DNA of 64,000 bases from Antechinus flavipes (lineage: Eukaryota). The stretch is from assembly GCF_016432865.1 (NCBI RefSeq), contig NC_067399.1, positions 120,404,001-120,468,000 of the forward strand. The letters are read 5' to 3'. Below, piece after piece: positions 13,358-25,559 of the stretch. The position numbers and the translations under genes were made by a program. Positions within the stretch are counted from its first letter, which is position 1, and the number at the start of each line of letters is the position of its first letter. A model generated the notes under the pieces. It was not told where the DNA came from and did not search any database. It saw only the letters and a list, made by a program, of their open reading frames with translations.

Positions 13358-14883
13358 GCTCTCCTCAAAAACCCTACTTTTAACTTTTACTAGATATATA
13401 AGTATAGGCAAATCATTTTTAGCATTTTTGAGCCCTCATTTTCCCCTTTTGTAAATGAGGAGAATACTGGTATTATCTACTTTACAAGATTAATAAAGTA
13501 ACGTAGGGAAGCATTTTGCAAGCATTAAAGCAAATGCTAAATGATAGCTATGGTTATTTTTATTCTCTGAAATTTTGAGGACCAGCTCTCTACACAGCTT
13601 AAAAGCAATGAGAAATAACAGTGGGATCCCATGTATTCAGAAACAGGTCAGAAGTGGGACTCTTGGTTTGGCTGCTGTGTTAATTGAATATCTTCTGTGT
13701 GTCAGGCACTGTGGTAGGTCTAGGGATTCAAAGATAAAGGCAAGAGTCCTGCCTTCGGGAAGCTTATATTCTCTTGAAGTAAATAACATCTACCCTCAAA
13801 AGTAAATAAAACATATTGCTAAAGTAAGTACAAAGTAATTGTCAGGAAGTGGTCCCAGCAACTGGAGAAAGCAGAAAAAACATCATGTAAGACAGAGCAT
13901 TTAGACTTGAACATTGAAGAAAAAAGCAGATTGGAGGCATTCATATTATTAGCTCAGCCCACGCCCAGCTAATGATATTAAGTCAATCCATTCTGCCTTC
14001 ACCTCTCCTACATGTCTACCCAAAGGGCAGACTTGTAGTACAGCTTATGCATTAAGCATTTTTGACAAGATCCCATCTGCCCTCTGGGAGCAAAGCCATG
14101 TGGCTAGTATCAAGTTAAATGGGAGTCGTGAGCGCTGCCTTTTCCAAAAAGAGCAAGAATGCACAGAAATGCCTCAAAGCCCTTTCCCTGGACAATCCTT
14201 TATTTCTCTAGCTTCACCTGCTGATGGAGAGACCTGTTTTTCTCCAAAGAGAAGACTGATTTCCATTGCTTGTCAGCCTGACAGTAGATGTAATTAGATT
14301 GGTATTCTTTATTTTTGTGTCTGTGACTATTTATGGCAGCTGGCCTGAATAATCTCTTTGATTTCAGAAAGTTTTGGCAGGAGTTGGGATGGTCTAATTT
14401 TGTCAGAGGTTCTGAGACCTCCTAGTCACACCTGAGAAGATGGAAAAGCACTCAGAAAGTGTTGTCAGGGATGCTTTTGTCACTAGTCTTGTTGTAAGCT
14501 AGGTCTTAAAACCTAACCTCATTGGATTGCATGAGAACTACATAAAATACTGTGCCCAGGGACAGCCAGAACACTGGATTAGATCCATGGTAGCTTCATT
14601 CCTTTCTCACGTAGAGAATTTGCTTGCTTTAACTCATGTGAGCACAGCCATCTCTATATTTTAAGGGCTAGTTTAAAAATACCTAACTAGAAACCCAGAC
14701 ACAATCAGTTATTAGTTGACTGTCTACAGCCTCAAAGGGGAAGGAGTGTGGTATCTTCAATAGAATTATTGGCAAATAGCTGTTTGGACATTTTGATCAC
14801 AGGAAAAATCTTTTCTCAATACCCTTCCACAAATATGCATCTTTAATTTCTACTTCTAACTTGATTTTTTAAAACTTTCACAG

Positions 14884-15038
14884 GCTGACGGATCCTATTC
14901 CTACAACAGAGACGTCAATTGCACCTCGCCAAAGGCCAAAAGCTGGACAGACCCAACCGAACCCAGGAATTCTCCCTATCCAGCCAGCCTTGACACCTCG
15001 AAAGAGACCCACTGTTCAGCCCCCAGCTCAACCTACAG
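14884..15038 (+). CDS. AAK1: AAK1 exon 11-equivalent: [51 protein letters not shown](G)
   Basis: ttcacAG|GCTG acceptor, CAG|GTGAGG donor, 155 nt, phase 2 to 1. Confidence 0.97.
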
Positions 15039-15200
15039 GTGAGGAAATTGGTCAGCTATAGTGGCCTAATTTACCTTGTCACCATCATGGGTAGCAAAGT
15101 TTTACCAGATGAGTTTACCTAAACTGGGAGGGAGAATGGAGACTTTAAGGCTTTAAGAATAGGTCTGATGGCATCATATTGTTCCTATTGTCACTCCTTG

Positions 15201-15652
15201 TGTTGAGGTCTAGATATGGGGTACCTAAATGAAATTAGGGTTTAATTGAGGTCTAGTGGCAGGTTTGGGGTGCAGAGAGTCAAACAGAGCTCCCCTCTCG
15301 TAGCAGTGCGAGTCCCCAATAAAGGCATTTATTGGCCCGAGAGCTAGATTGATAAAAGAGGTTTGGAAGTAAGGAGATAGGTGAAGGTAGAGATAAGGAG
15401 GACACCGGACAGAGGGTCCTCACATGGCTAGCATGTTTGGGACCTCTGCAAAGAGGGGATCCCAGTGTGTCCCTTTTATAATGGGAGATTTAGCTCGAGG
15501 AGCTTTTGCATATAGCCCCAAAGTTGGCTCAGATCTGGGTGGGGCTGGGACAGGGAATACAAAGGGACCAGGATTTGTGAGTTAAAGGATAATTACCTTA
15601 AGGGGGGAGGGGGAGGGGTTGGGAGTCACAAAGAAAGGAGTCTCCCACATCA
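15201..15652 (-). mobile_element. Solo LTR, 452 bp, probably ERV1-class
   Basis: TG...CA termini, 4-bp TSD CTTG (15197-15200 and 15653-15656). On the - strand, TATAAAA (15480-15474) precedes AATAAA (15333-15328). Confidence 0.88.
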
Positions 15653-16419
15653 CTTGGAGACAAGGGGATGGGAGTGCACCCACTGGTACACTTCAAAGAG
15701 TACTAGACTGGCTTTATTTAATATCATAACTTGTCGTTTTCTCTCTGTACTCACTGAACTTACACTTACTATTTGAGTAAACTTGGGCACACCTTACTTA
15801 TCTCTTGTGTCCGGTTTCCTCATTCTAAGTCCTGGGATTCTATTAATGCTTTTTAAAAATCAAGAGGCATTTATTAAGTACTCACTGTGCACTAGGCACT
15901 GTGCTAAGCATTGAGGAAAACAAAGAAGTGGCAAAAACAAAACAAAACAAAACAAAATAATTCCTACCTTCAAGAAGCTTATATTCAAATGGGGGCACAA
16001 CATGTATTTATATAGGCAAGATCCTTAGTAACTTTAGAGAAGGCACTAGAATATATGGGGCTCAAGCTAATTAATAGTTAGCTTTCATATCACATTTTAA
16101 GATTTGCAAATCACTTTACAAATATAATCTCATTTGTTCTTTGCAGCAATTCTGGGAGGTGGGTATCATTATAACTTTCATTTTTCATAGAGAAAACTGA
16201 GACAGATTGGTAAAAGGACTTATTCGAGGGCTGAGGCTGTAATTGAATTTAAATCTTCCCGACTCCAGGTTCATTGTTCTATTCAATGAGTTGAGTCTTG
16301 AAGGAAGCCAAAGATTATAAAAGGTGGAAGTGAGGTAGGACAGCATTCCAGAAATGGAAGGTGATGAAGTACAAAAGCAAGCAGGTGGGAAATTGAGCAG
16401 CAAATGTCAGATTTGAAAG

Positions 16420-16584
16420 TATTTAGTGCTGGTTGGGTGACCCTTGACAAGTCACTTAACTCTGCCTCAGTTTCCTCACTTGAGAAACGAGCTGGAGATG
16501 GAAATGGCAAACCGCTCCGGTATCTTTGCCAAGAAAAGCAAAGTTGTGGAATCATGTTGTACATGACTGAAATGTCTCAACAAC
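16420..16584 (+). mobile_element. MAR1-type SINE fragment
   Basis: gtgacccttgacaagtcacttaactctgcctcagtttcc...ggagatggaaatggcaaacc. Confidence 0.75.
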
Positions 16585-18239
16585 ATAAGGAATAGCAGCG
16601 ATGTTGCTGAAAAAAGACTAAGGCATCTTTTGGCTATCTAAAGAGGTCAAACCTTTCTCATTATTCTTGAAGTACCTAATCTATCCAGGGCTCAATGCTA
16701 GGGCTGGAAAGATGATAAATGACAGTCTGTACCCTTAAGGATTATACTTGTAGAGGGATAGATAGTAAAGGAGGGAGGCTAAATATACAAATATAGTATG
16801 ATACAGTCTTCAGTGCAACCTAGACAAAGATGAGTGCATGTTCTGCCTGGAGAAGCCAGAATAGTGATTAAAAGAGGTAGCACCTGGGCTGGGGGAAGTG
16901 TTGAAGAGGGCAGGGATTTAAGCAGGTGGAGAGAAAGAATTCTTAACCTTCTTTATGTCATAGATCTCTTCTGAATGTTTTTAAGTGCATAACACAAAAT
17001 ACATAAGATCATAAAGGGATCTAATTATATCAAAATACAGTTATTAATTAGGAAAAAAGTGTTCATGAACAGCAAATTAAAAACCCCAGATGTAGATATA
17101 TTGCAGTCCAGGTCCAGGAGACAGCCTGCCCATATGCAGCGAGGTGGGAACAGACAGAATGAGATGAAAATTAATAATCTGATTTGGTTGGGACTTGAGA
17201 GTCCCTGAAGGGGAATAGTTCTTAAAGGAGAGATAGGTTAAGACCAGATTGTGTAGTTACTTAAATGCCTTGATAAATGACCATCTGCTTATGTAAAACA
17301 CTCATTAATCAGATACAGGGTAACTTTGGAAAGGAAAACATTAGCTGCTGTGGGAAATGGAAGAGACTTCAAGCAGAAAGAGCCAGTTGAGCTAAGTCTT
17401 TAGAGGAAACAGGGTTTCTAAGAGATGGAAATTAAAGAACCCATTCCAGGCTTGGGAGAAAGCCAATATAAAGATAAGGAATTAGGAGATGGACTGACAT
17501 ATGTAGGAATAATAAGTAGGCAAGTATGGTGGTATTTGAGGGTATACAGAACACAGTTATATAGAAAAGGATGAAGAGACCAACCATCTCACCAATTGTT
17601 TCCTTATTTATTGGTCAAAATGAGATTCAGATAATCAAGTCCCATTACTTTCTCTATGTTAAGAGGAATCATCAAGCCAGTCAGGAACTTTCAGTGGTTG
17701 TTATTATTATTTTTTTTTTAGCAGACACTTTTGCAGATGTTTTCATGGTTAAATTCACAAATATCCAGCCTCTGTATCAGTTTTGTGATCTGTACCTAAA
17801 GTTCATTATTAATTTCCTCCGTCTGGCCAAGCAGTCTGTAACACACTCTATTTATAAAATCACTTCTTTATATCATTTCTTATTTCTTCAGTCAACTATT
17901 CATCTATCCTTTCTAGCTACTTTGTACCTTTTGATCAAAGTACACATTTCTATCACTATATTTCAGGCATCATGGAATAATGCATCTCAATATAAAACCT
18001 ATTTATATTACTTCCCTCCTTATATTAAAATTTTCAATTTGATTTTATTATACCTACTGTTACTGTTGGTACACAGCAAACTCCCAATTAATATGAACAA
18101 TGAATTCCATGAAGTCATATTATTTAAATTCATATTGTATATTTCATTGGCCTGGACTTAACTACATTTTACATAATGATAATTTTAAATAGTATTAATT
18201 CAAATATATGCAATCACTTCACAGAACACTTTTACATGA

Positions 18240-19926
18240 ATTGGGACTTAGCTATGTTGACTTGAGTCCATACATATTATTTCTAATACTCTTTCTTCCT
18301 TTTCTCTAATAAAAACATTTCAAATGCTATTTTTTCTTATGTCATAACTCATGGTATTTGATTTAACAACTATATCTGGGCATTCTTTTCTTTCCCCCTT
18401 CATTTTTGGTTTCAGATGAACTGATCTCCAGAAATAAATACTTTCTTGAATAGATGTCTCAGAGACATATATTTCTATCTGTTTCTTTAAGAACCAGATT
18501 ATTTGCAACTTCATTTTGGATGTATCATTTATTACCCAAAAGAATCAATAGAAATCAGTGCTGGTCATCAGGCATATACCCCATTCACTCTCCATAGTTC
18601 TCTCTGGATGTAGATAGCATTTTCCACTCTAAAGATGTAAGAATTGTCTTGGATCACCACATTGCCGAGAAGAGCTAAGTCTATCATAGTTGATAATAAT
18701 ATAACATAATATGCTAATATGTTATAATTATGTTATAACATAATCTTGTTACTGTGTACAGTGTTATCCTGGTTATGCTCACTTTCCTTAGCATCAATTC
18801 ATGTAAATCTTTCCAGACTTTTCTGAAATGAGCCTGCTCATCATTTCTTATAAAACAATAATATTTCATTATATTCATAGACCATAACTTGTTCAGTCAT
18901 TCTTCAATTGATGGGCATCCTCTCATTTTCCAAAAAGAGCTGCTCTAAACATTTTTGACATGAGAGTCCTTTTCCCTTTTTAATGATCTTTTTGGGATAT
19001 GGACCCAGTAGTGATAATGCTGGATCAAAGGGTATGCACAATTTTAGGCATGATTCCAAATTGTTATCCAGAGTAGTTAGATCATTTCACAACTCCACCA
19101 ACAATGCATGGAGCCCCAATTTCCTTACATGGCTTTAAATATTTATCATTATTTTTTCCTATTATTTTTAGTCACTCAAATAGGTATGGAATGGTACCTC
19201 AGAGTTGTCTTAATTTTCATTTCTGAGGATGATGAGTTTCAATATTAACTTGTATATGATGAGAGATGTTTGCATCCCTAAGTCTGCTATTTTTTAAAAA
19301 TTGTTTTGTTTTATTTTTGGATCTAAATTCTCTCCTTCCTAATCCTCCCTTTGCCAACACCTCCCCATTTAGAAAGCAAGAAAAACAAAATTCATCATAC
19401 ATATAAATATATAGTCATGCAAAACAATTAGCCATATAAAAAAGCAATGTGTCTCAATCTGTATTCTGTTTATCACTCATCTATTATCATCATGTTTCAA
19501 CATTAGCCTTCCAAAATGTGATTGTTCATCAGATTTCCTAAGTATCTCAGTTATTTGTCTTTACAATATTGCTATTGTAAAAAATTGTTGTCCTTATTCT
19601 GCTCATTTCATTTTGCATCATTTTACACAAGTCTTTCCAAATTTCTTTGAAACTGTATCCTTCATAATTTGTTACACCATAGTAGTGTGCTATTATATTA
19701 CTATACTAGACAGCTTTTTAGGCCAATCCCCAACTGATGAGTATCTCTTCAGTTTTCAATTCTTTACTGTCACCAAAAAGAGCTATTAATAAATATATTC
19801 TTATACATAGAGGTCCTTTTCTTCTTTCTTTAATCTCTTTGAAGTATAGACATAGTAGCAGTATTCCTAGGAAAAGAGGTATCTATAGTTTAATAACTTT
19901 TTGGACAAAGTTCCAAATTGTTTTTC
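18240..19926 (-). mobile_element. Cluster of older LINE-1 3' fragments
   Basis: Recurrent L1 3' motifs (ggatcaaagggtatgcac, tggtacctcagagttg..ttaatt..catttct, gatgggcatcctctc). Boundaries approximate. Confidence 0.75.
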
Positions 19927-21033
19927 CTTTTTTTAAATTTTTTTTTTTTATTTATAAGCATATGCATGGGTAATGTTTCCAACATTGACCTTTGCAAAAC
20001 CTTTTGTTTCAAATTTTGCCCTTCTTCCCACCACCCCCTCCTCTACTTGGCAGATAGTCCAATACATGTTAAATCCAATATATGTATACATATTTGTACA
20101 GTTATCTTGCTGTACAAGAAAAATCTGATCAATAAGGAAGGAAAAAAAAACTGAGAAAGAAAAAAAATGCTAGCAAATTACAACAGAGAGAAAATGCTAT
20201 GTTGTGTTCCATACTGTTTCCATGGTTCTCTCTTTGGGTGTAGATGACTCTCTTCATTACTGAATAGGTGGAACTGGTTTGAATCTTTTCATTGTTGAAG
20301 AGAGCCACATTCATCAATATTGATTGTTGTATAGTCTTCTTGTTGCTTCATATAATGATCTCCTCATTTCACTTAGCATCAGTTCATGTAAGGCATTCTG
20401 CTGCTTGTTTCTTACAGAACAATAATATTCCATAGCATTCATATATCATAATTTATTCAGCCATTCTCCAGTTGATGGGCATCTACTCAGTTTCTACTTC
20501 CCTGCCACTACAAAGAGGGCTGCCACATTTTTGCACATGTGGGTCCCTTTCCCTCCTTTAAGATCTCTTTGAAATATAATCCCAATAGAAACACTGCTGG
20601 ATCAAAGGGTATGCACAGTTTGATAACTTTTTGAGGATAATTCCAAACTGCTCTCCAGTGGTTGGATCCATTCACAATTCCACTAACAATGTATCAGTGT
20701 TCCAGTTTTCCCACATCCCCTCCAACATTTGTTGTTATCTTTTCCTGTCATCTTAGCCAATCTGAAAGGTATGTAGTGGTATCTCAGAGTTCTCTTAATT
20801 TGCATTTTTCTGATCAATAACGATTTGGAACACCTTTTCATGTGACTACAAATAATTTCAATTTCTTCATCTGACAATTTTCTATTCATATCCTTTGACC
20901 ATTTATCAAGTGGAAGTGGTTTAAACTATTATAAATTTAAATCAATTCTCTATGTATTTTAGAAATGAGGGATTTATTAGAACTTTTGGATGTAAAAATG
21001 TTTTCCCAGTTTATTGCTTCCCTTCTAATCTTC
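19927..21033 (-). mobile_element. 5'-truncated LINE-1 nested in an older L1
   Basis: ORF 20683-20889 matches the L1 ORF2 C-terminus. T-tail near 19927-19949. 14-bp TSD CCAAATTGTTTTTC (19913-19926 and 21034-21047). Confidence 0.92.
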
Positions 21034-22056
21034 CCAAATTGTTTTTCAAAAAGAATAAACCAATAAAAATAAACTCTACTAACACTGCACACAGTTTTCC
21101 ATCTGTCAGTTTCCTCACCTAGCATGTTCTCTATAGTTTGGAATTCCTAGGTATTCTTTATTCTTATTTATTATTATTAATGACCAGTAGTTCAGTATAT
21201 CATACTGGAAAATGGCAAGGCATGGACTAGCATCACTTCCTGTTGCTATATTCAAGTTGCCCAAAGTTCTGGACACATATATAATCCCTGATGAGCAGAT
21301 CTATGTTGACTTTTTTCCTGGTTGTTATTAAAAACTATGTGTCTCCCTTCCCCCCCCCCAAAAAAAAAGAACCCTATGTCCCATAGTGCCCACTAAGACT
21401 ATTCTGTTTTTGAAAAGATAACATTTGCAGTGCTCATTATTGTCCATTATCCATATTTTCAGTATAACAGTGGTCTCAAACTCAGACAGAAATGAGGTCT
21501 ACTGAATTATACATAATGATCTGGCTACATATTGATTTAGAAAATCACTGCGAATAGATAGTTCTAACCCAGTTTGTATTTATAGCCTATTTATTGTCTT
21601 TTTAAATAATAATTGGAGTTAAGAGAGACCTGGTTTCAAATCCCATATCTGACCCTTACCCATTATGTCATGATGGGGGTTGCACTGAAATTCTTTGAAT
21701 CTGAGTCTCTTGATCTGAAATTTGGAGGCAATACCTTATAAGATTATTCTGAGGCTCACTTGAGATAATTTATATAAAGCATTTGCAAACCCTAAAATAT
21801 TCTTTAAATTTCAGCTTTTATTATTATCATAAAGCTTAGAGAACTTTAAAATACTTTATAAATCTCAACTCTTGTCATTGTTATTAATATTATTCAGAAT
21901 GCAGGGGCAGGGTCCTAGGTCCTTATGCATCCAGTCACAATGTGACTGGCACTTGTTATCCCTTTGTTCTGATATCTTATAAACAAGGATGGTCATTTTA
22001 TCCAGAGGAGGATTTGTGCCCTAATTTTTTATTTATTTATTTTTTTTTAGTTGCAG

Positions 22057-22254
22057 GACCAAGTGTTCCAGCTGGCCTCCCTACCAATGTCCCTCAACCA
22101 AAGCCCCAGCCTTCAATTAGTCAGCCAGTCCCACAGGCTCCAGCCAAGCAGCCACAGGCTCCACCCACTCCACAGCAGACACCTTCCACTCAGGCCCAGG
22201 TTTTACCTGCTCAAGCCCAGGCCACACCCCAGCACCAGCAGCATCTATTCCTCA

Positions 22255-22297
<43 letters not shown>

Positions 22298-22394
22298 GCA
22301 GCAGCAGCAACAAGCCACCTTTTACCAGCAGCAACAGCCACAGTCACAGCAACAGCAGCAGCAGCAGCAGCAGCAGCTGGCACCAGCTCAGCAG
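22057..22394 (+). CDS. AAK1: AAK1 exon 12-equivalent, Q/P/A-rich with polyQ: (G)[17 protein letters not shown]...LFLK-Q19[12 protein letters not shown]10-LAPAQQ
   Basis: ttgcAG|GA acceptor (alternative AG at 22049-22050), CAG|GTAAGA donor. Lies inside ORF 21942-22517. 338 nt, phase 1 to 0. Confidence 0.95.
22257..22376 (+). repeat. Coding CAG/CAA repeats: Q19 (22257-22313), Q4, Q10 (22347-22376)
   Basis: Counted directly. Longest pure run is 8 CAG (22353-22376). Confidence 0.97.
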
Positions 22395-25129
22395 GTAAGA
22401 GGAGCAGTTGTCAAATGGACCATTTGCAATGGATTCCAGAGATTTCTGGTGGCTTCTTTAGTGCAAAAAGAGATAGATTTTGGTAAGACAGACCAAATAC
22501 CTGGTTCAGTCTCGTGAAGACCCTCATCACTCCCAAGACAGGTTTGGTATAGAATCCAAGTCCAGACAGCATCCCTTGGCTCAAATGCGTTAGACTGACT
22601 TCTAGCAGTTGATGGAACCTTGCAGTAAGAAGAAAAAGTCCACTGTCTAACTTGGATAGCTACTCTCCACTCACCTCATCAGTAGCCTCTGAATTGTCCT
22701 TTTGGGGATTAACTATATCTTCTCAGTAGAGTATTCACTATATCTTCTCAATCATGTCACATTAAAAGTTAAACTTAATAAAGCATATACATAAACTTGT
22801 CCCTTGATTTCAGGCTGTCAAGACATTTTTACTGAATTGTTTTCTACTCAGTATTATATTAAACACTATAAGAAATATAGAAATATACAACTCTCCTTCT
22901 GCTCAAGGGCTTTGTAATTTCACTGAACAGATAAAACATATTTTCAATCAATCTGTAAGCATTTATTAAGCATTTAATATGGGCCAAGCATCCTGCTAAG
23001 TGCTGGGATATAAGTCTAAAGAATAAAATAATTCTTAATTGCATGTTTATATTTTAATAGAGGAGCATCTGGGTATGTACACATAAAAATACAGGATATA
23101 ATACTGTATATAAGTATATGCTTATGTATATAAGTATAAGATATCATTAGTAAATAAATACACATGTACACAAAATAGGGAAGAAGTGTATTAATAGTCT
23201 TATAGAAGATGAGCTTTTGTCTTAAAGGAAGTGAGGCAGATTGTAGAAAAATAAAGGATATTTTGACACAGAAAAATCATATGACATGGAGAGAATAATT
23301 GGAAGGGTATCCCAGGAACAAAGCAAGAGAAAATTGTGGCATATATAAGGGTTAATAGCACCATTTTGGCAAATTGTGTAAAATATCCTAGGGAAAATTT
23401 ATTCTAGGTAGTGATTACCAGTATGGACTTGATGAAGTGGAACTTGAGCTGTTCCTTGAAAGATGGGGTTGTCTTTCACAGTACTTCCATCACTTTACTT
23501 AGTTCAGAAACAACTGATTTTGGCAGATTACTGGGGTATAACGTATGTCTAAGGCCAACCTAGTGTTTCAAGTTGTTTCCCATTAACCAATAAATGTTAA
23601 ATACCTAGTATGTCCCAGCCACTGTGCTGAGTCCTAAGGTTAAAAAAAGAAGCAAAAGGCAGTCCCTGCCCTCAAGTAGCTTACAGTCTAATGGGAGAGA
23701 CAACATGTGGACAAATGTATGTAAAACCATCTATAGGATAAATACAAAGTAATTAATGGAGGAAAAACACTAGAATTACTTTCTTTTGGGGTCACCATAG
23801 TCTTCTCCCCAATCCCAGGACTGAATTTTAATTTTCACACAGTGTTTCAGAGTTAGTTATTTCTAATTAAGCCATTCATTAGAGAAGGACTGATCCATAA
23901 TGTTTCCAGTTTTAAATTTTACAATAGCATAATTCTTAGCCCATATGCTAAAGTTCTCCAATGAGTCATGATGGCTTGGGAGGCAATTTTATGCTGTATC
24001 TGGGCTATGCTAGGATAGTATAGGCTCTAACAGGCCCTACCAAGTATGGCTCAATTATATGGCTGTCACCTGAGGACCTGATTAGCTGACAGTTTCATCC
24101 TGAAGTTATCTATAGGATGATGAAGGTGGGCTAAAGGAGTTTTTGAATACTATCCATTAGATTGAAGAGAGAGTGTGTAATCATCTATCTCTATTTGGTG
24201 AAACCATGGGTGTTTAGAGAATTGAGTTATGTCATTGCCAAATGGACTGAAATATGAATATTGACTTGTTAACTTCTTCTCTTCCCAAGAAGAAAATCTG
24301 GGGTCATGACATTAACATCAGAATATTTATAATATGTATAAGTCCAAATAAAAGGTTTTGGATGGTCCTGGGAGATGCTATCAACCCAATAGATTAGCAT
24401 GGTAAATGTTGCTTCTCCAGTACAAACAGTAGATCTTCATGTCAGCTGGTCAGGACCTGCTCTCTCCTGGATAACAAAGAAGATGCATTGACTCATTCTG
24501 AGTCATCAGCCCTCCTGTTTTTAGATTTTGTGGGGATGTTCAACCTTTTATTTATGTTTTTTATTATATCCTACTGAGAAAATGTGACATGATGAAGGAA
24601 GATCTTAAGGTACAAAGCAAATCAGAGTTCTGTCTACTGTGTTCAGTGCTATAGGGGAAAATATATATATGAAATCAGAAGTGGTAGAGATCACAATGGA
24701 TTTTAGCATCCTTTTAATCTTTAAGGGAGGCAGCTTGGCCTGGGGGAAAAAAACTGATTTTGGAATTAAAATTTGGATTCATGCTTCATCTCCAGCACTT
24801 TCTAGATGTGCAGCCAGGTAAAGTCATATAACCTTTCTGTACCTCACTTTTCCCCATTGTAAATTGGGGCTTATAATACTTTATACCATTTGCTTTGTGA
24901 GCCCGTCATTACACCTGGTAATCTTCATAATTCTGTAGCAATGAGCTTTTTTTTTTTTATTTTCATAATCAGTATAAATCCCCAATTTAAAGATTATTTT
25001 CTGAGCTTCCCATTTTGAGTGGTTGATTTCCTGGTGATGGGGAAAAACAAGATATTTAATCTCATCACTAAACTGTTTTCAAATCTTCCCCAAGATGAGT
25101 TATTGTTGCGAAGGCTTCCTTTACAAACA

Positions 25130-25300
25130 GATTACCCTCCCTTGCAGTACATCCAGGGCTGTCTCCAGTCAGCCTGATCTATATCTGGCCACTGGAGCCA
25201 GATGGTTCTGGAGAAGAAAGTAAGGCAGGTGACCTTGCCCAGCCTTTCCTCACTTAAATCAAATTCACTTGTGTGTCATGGCTTCATGACACACTTCCCT
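25130..25300 (-). mobile_element. Marsupial SINE fragment (WALLSI-like; family uncertain); related piece near 37765-37835
   Basis: catccagggctgtctccagtc..ctgatctatatctggccactgga..cttaaatcaaattcactt..gtcatggc. Confidence 0.55.
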
Positions 25301-25559
25301 AATGTCCCTTCTATCCACCTCTCCATTGTGTGAGAATCCTATTGGTCCTCCAGAGGGTGGCTCTTCTTGACCTTTTTTCAAGTCTATTTTGTTCCATAAC
25401 TCACTATGTACCAACCATAATCATTTGTCTTCACAACTCATTTCTACCACTACCTTGCTTTTTAACCTTTGATTTAGGAAACTTGACTTCAAGTCCCAAC
25501 TTCTCTTATTAGCTGAGGACCTGCCAAGATTTGTTTTTTTTTCTTTCTAGTGCAAAGGA

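Noticed and set aside
15039-22056. SNORA36-family snoRNA, which I recall in a human AAK1 intron
   Set aside because: No matching sequence recognised by eye. A cmsearch would be needed to exclude a diverged copy.
22051-22398. 115-aa poly-Ser ORF overlapping exon 12
   Set aside because: Shifted-frame reading of the CAG repeat (AGC=Ser), with a non-ATG start. No independent support.
21942-22517. 191-aa ORF treated as a single-exon gene
   Set aside because: Only 22057-22394 is AAK1-like and bounded by splice sites. The ends are intronic read-through.
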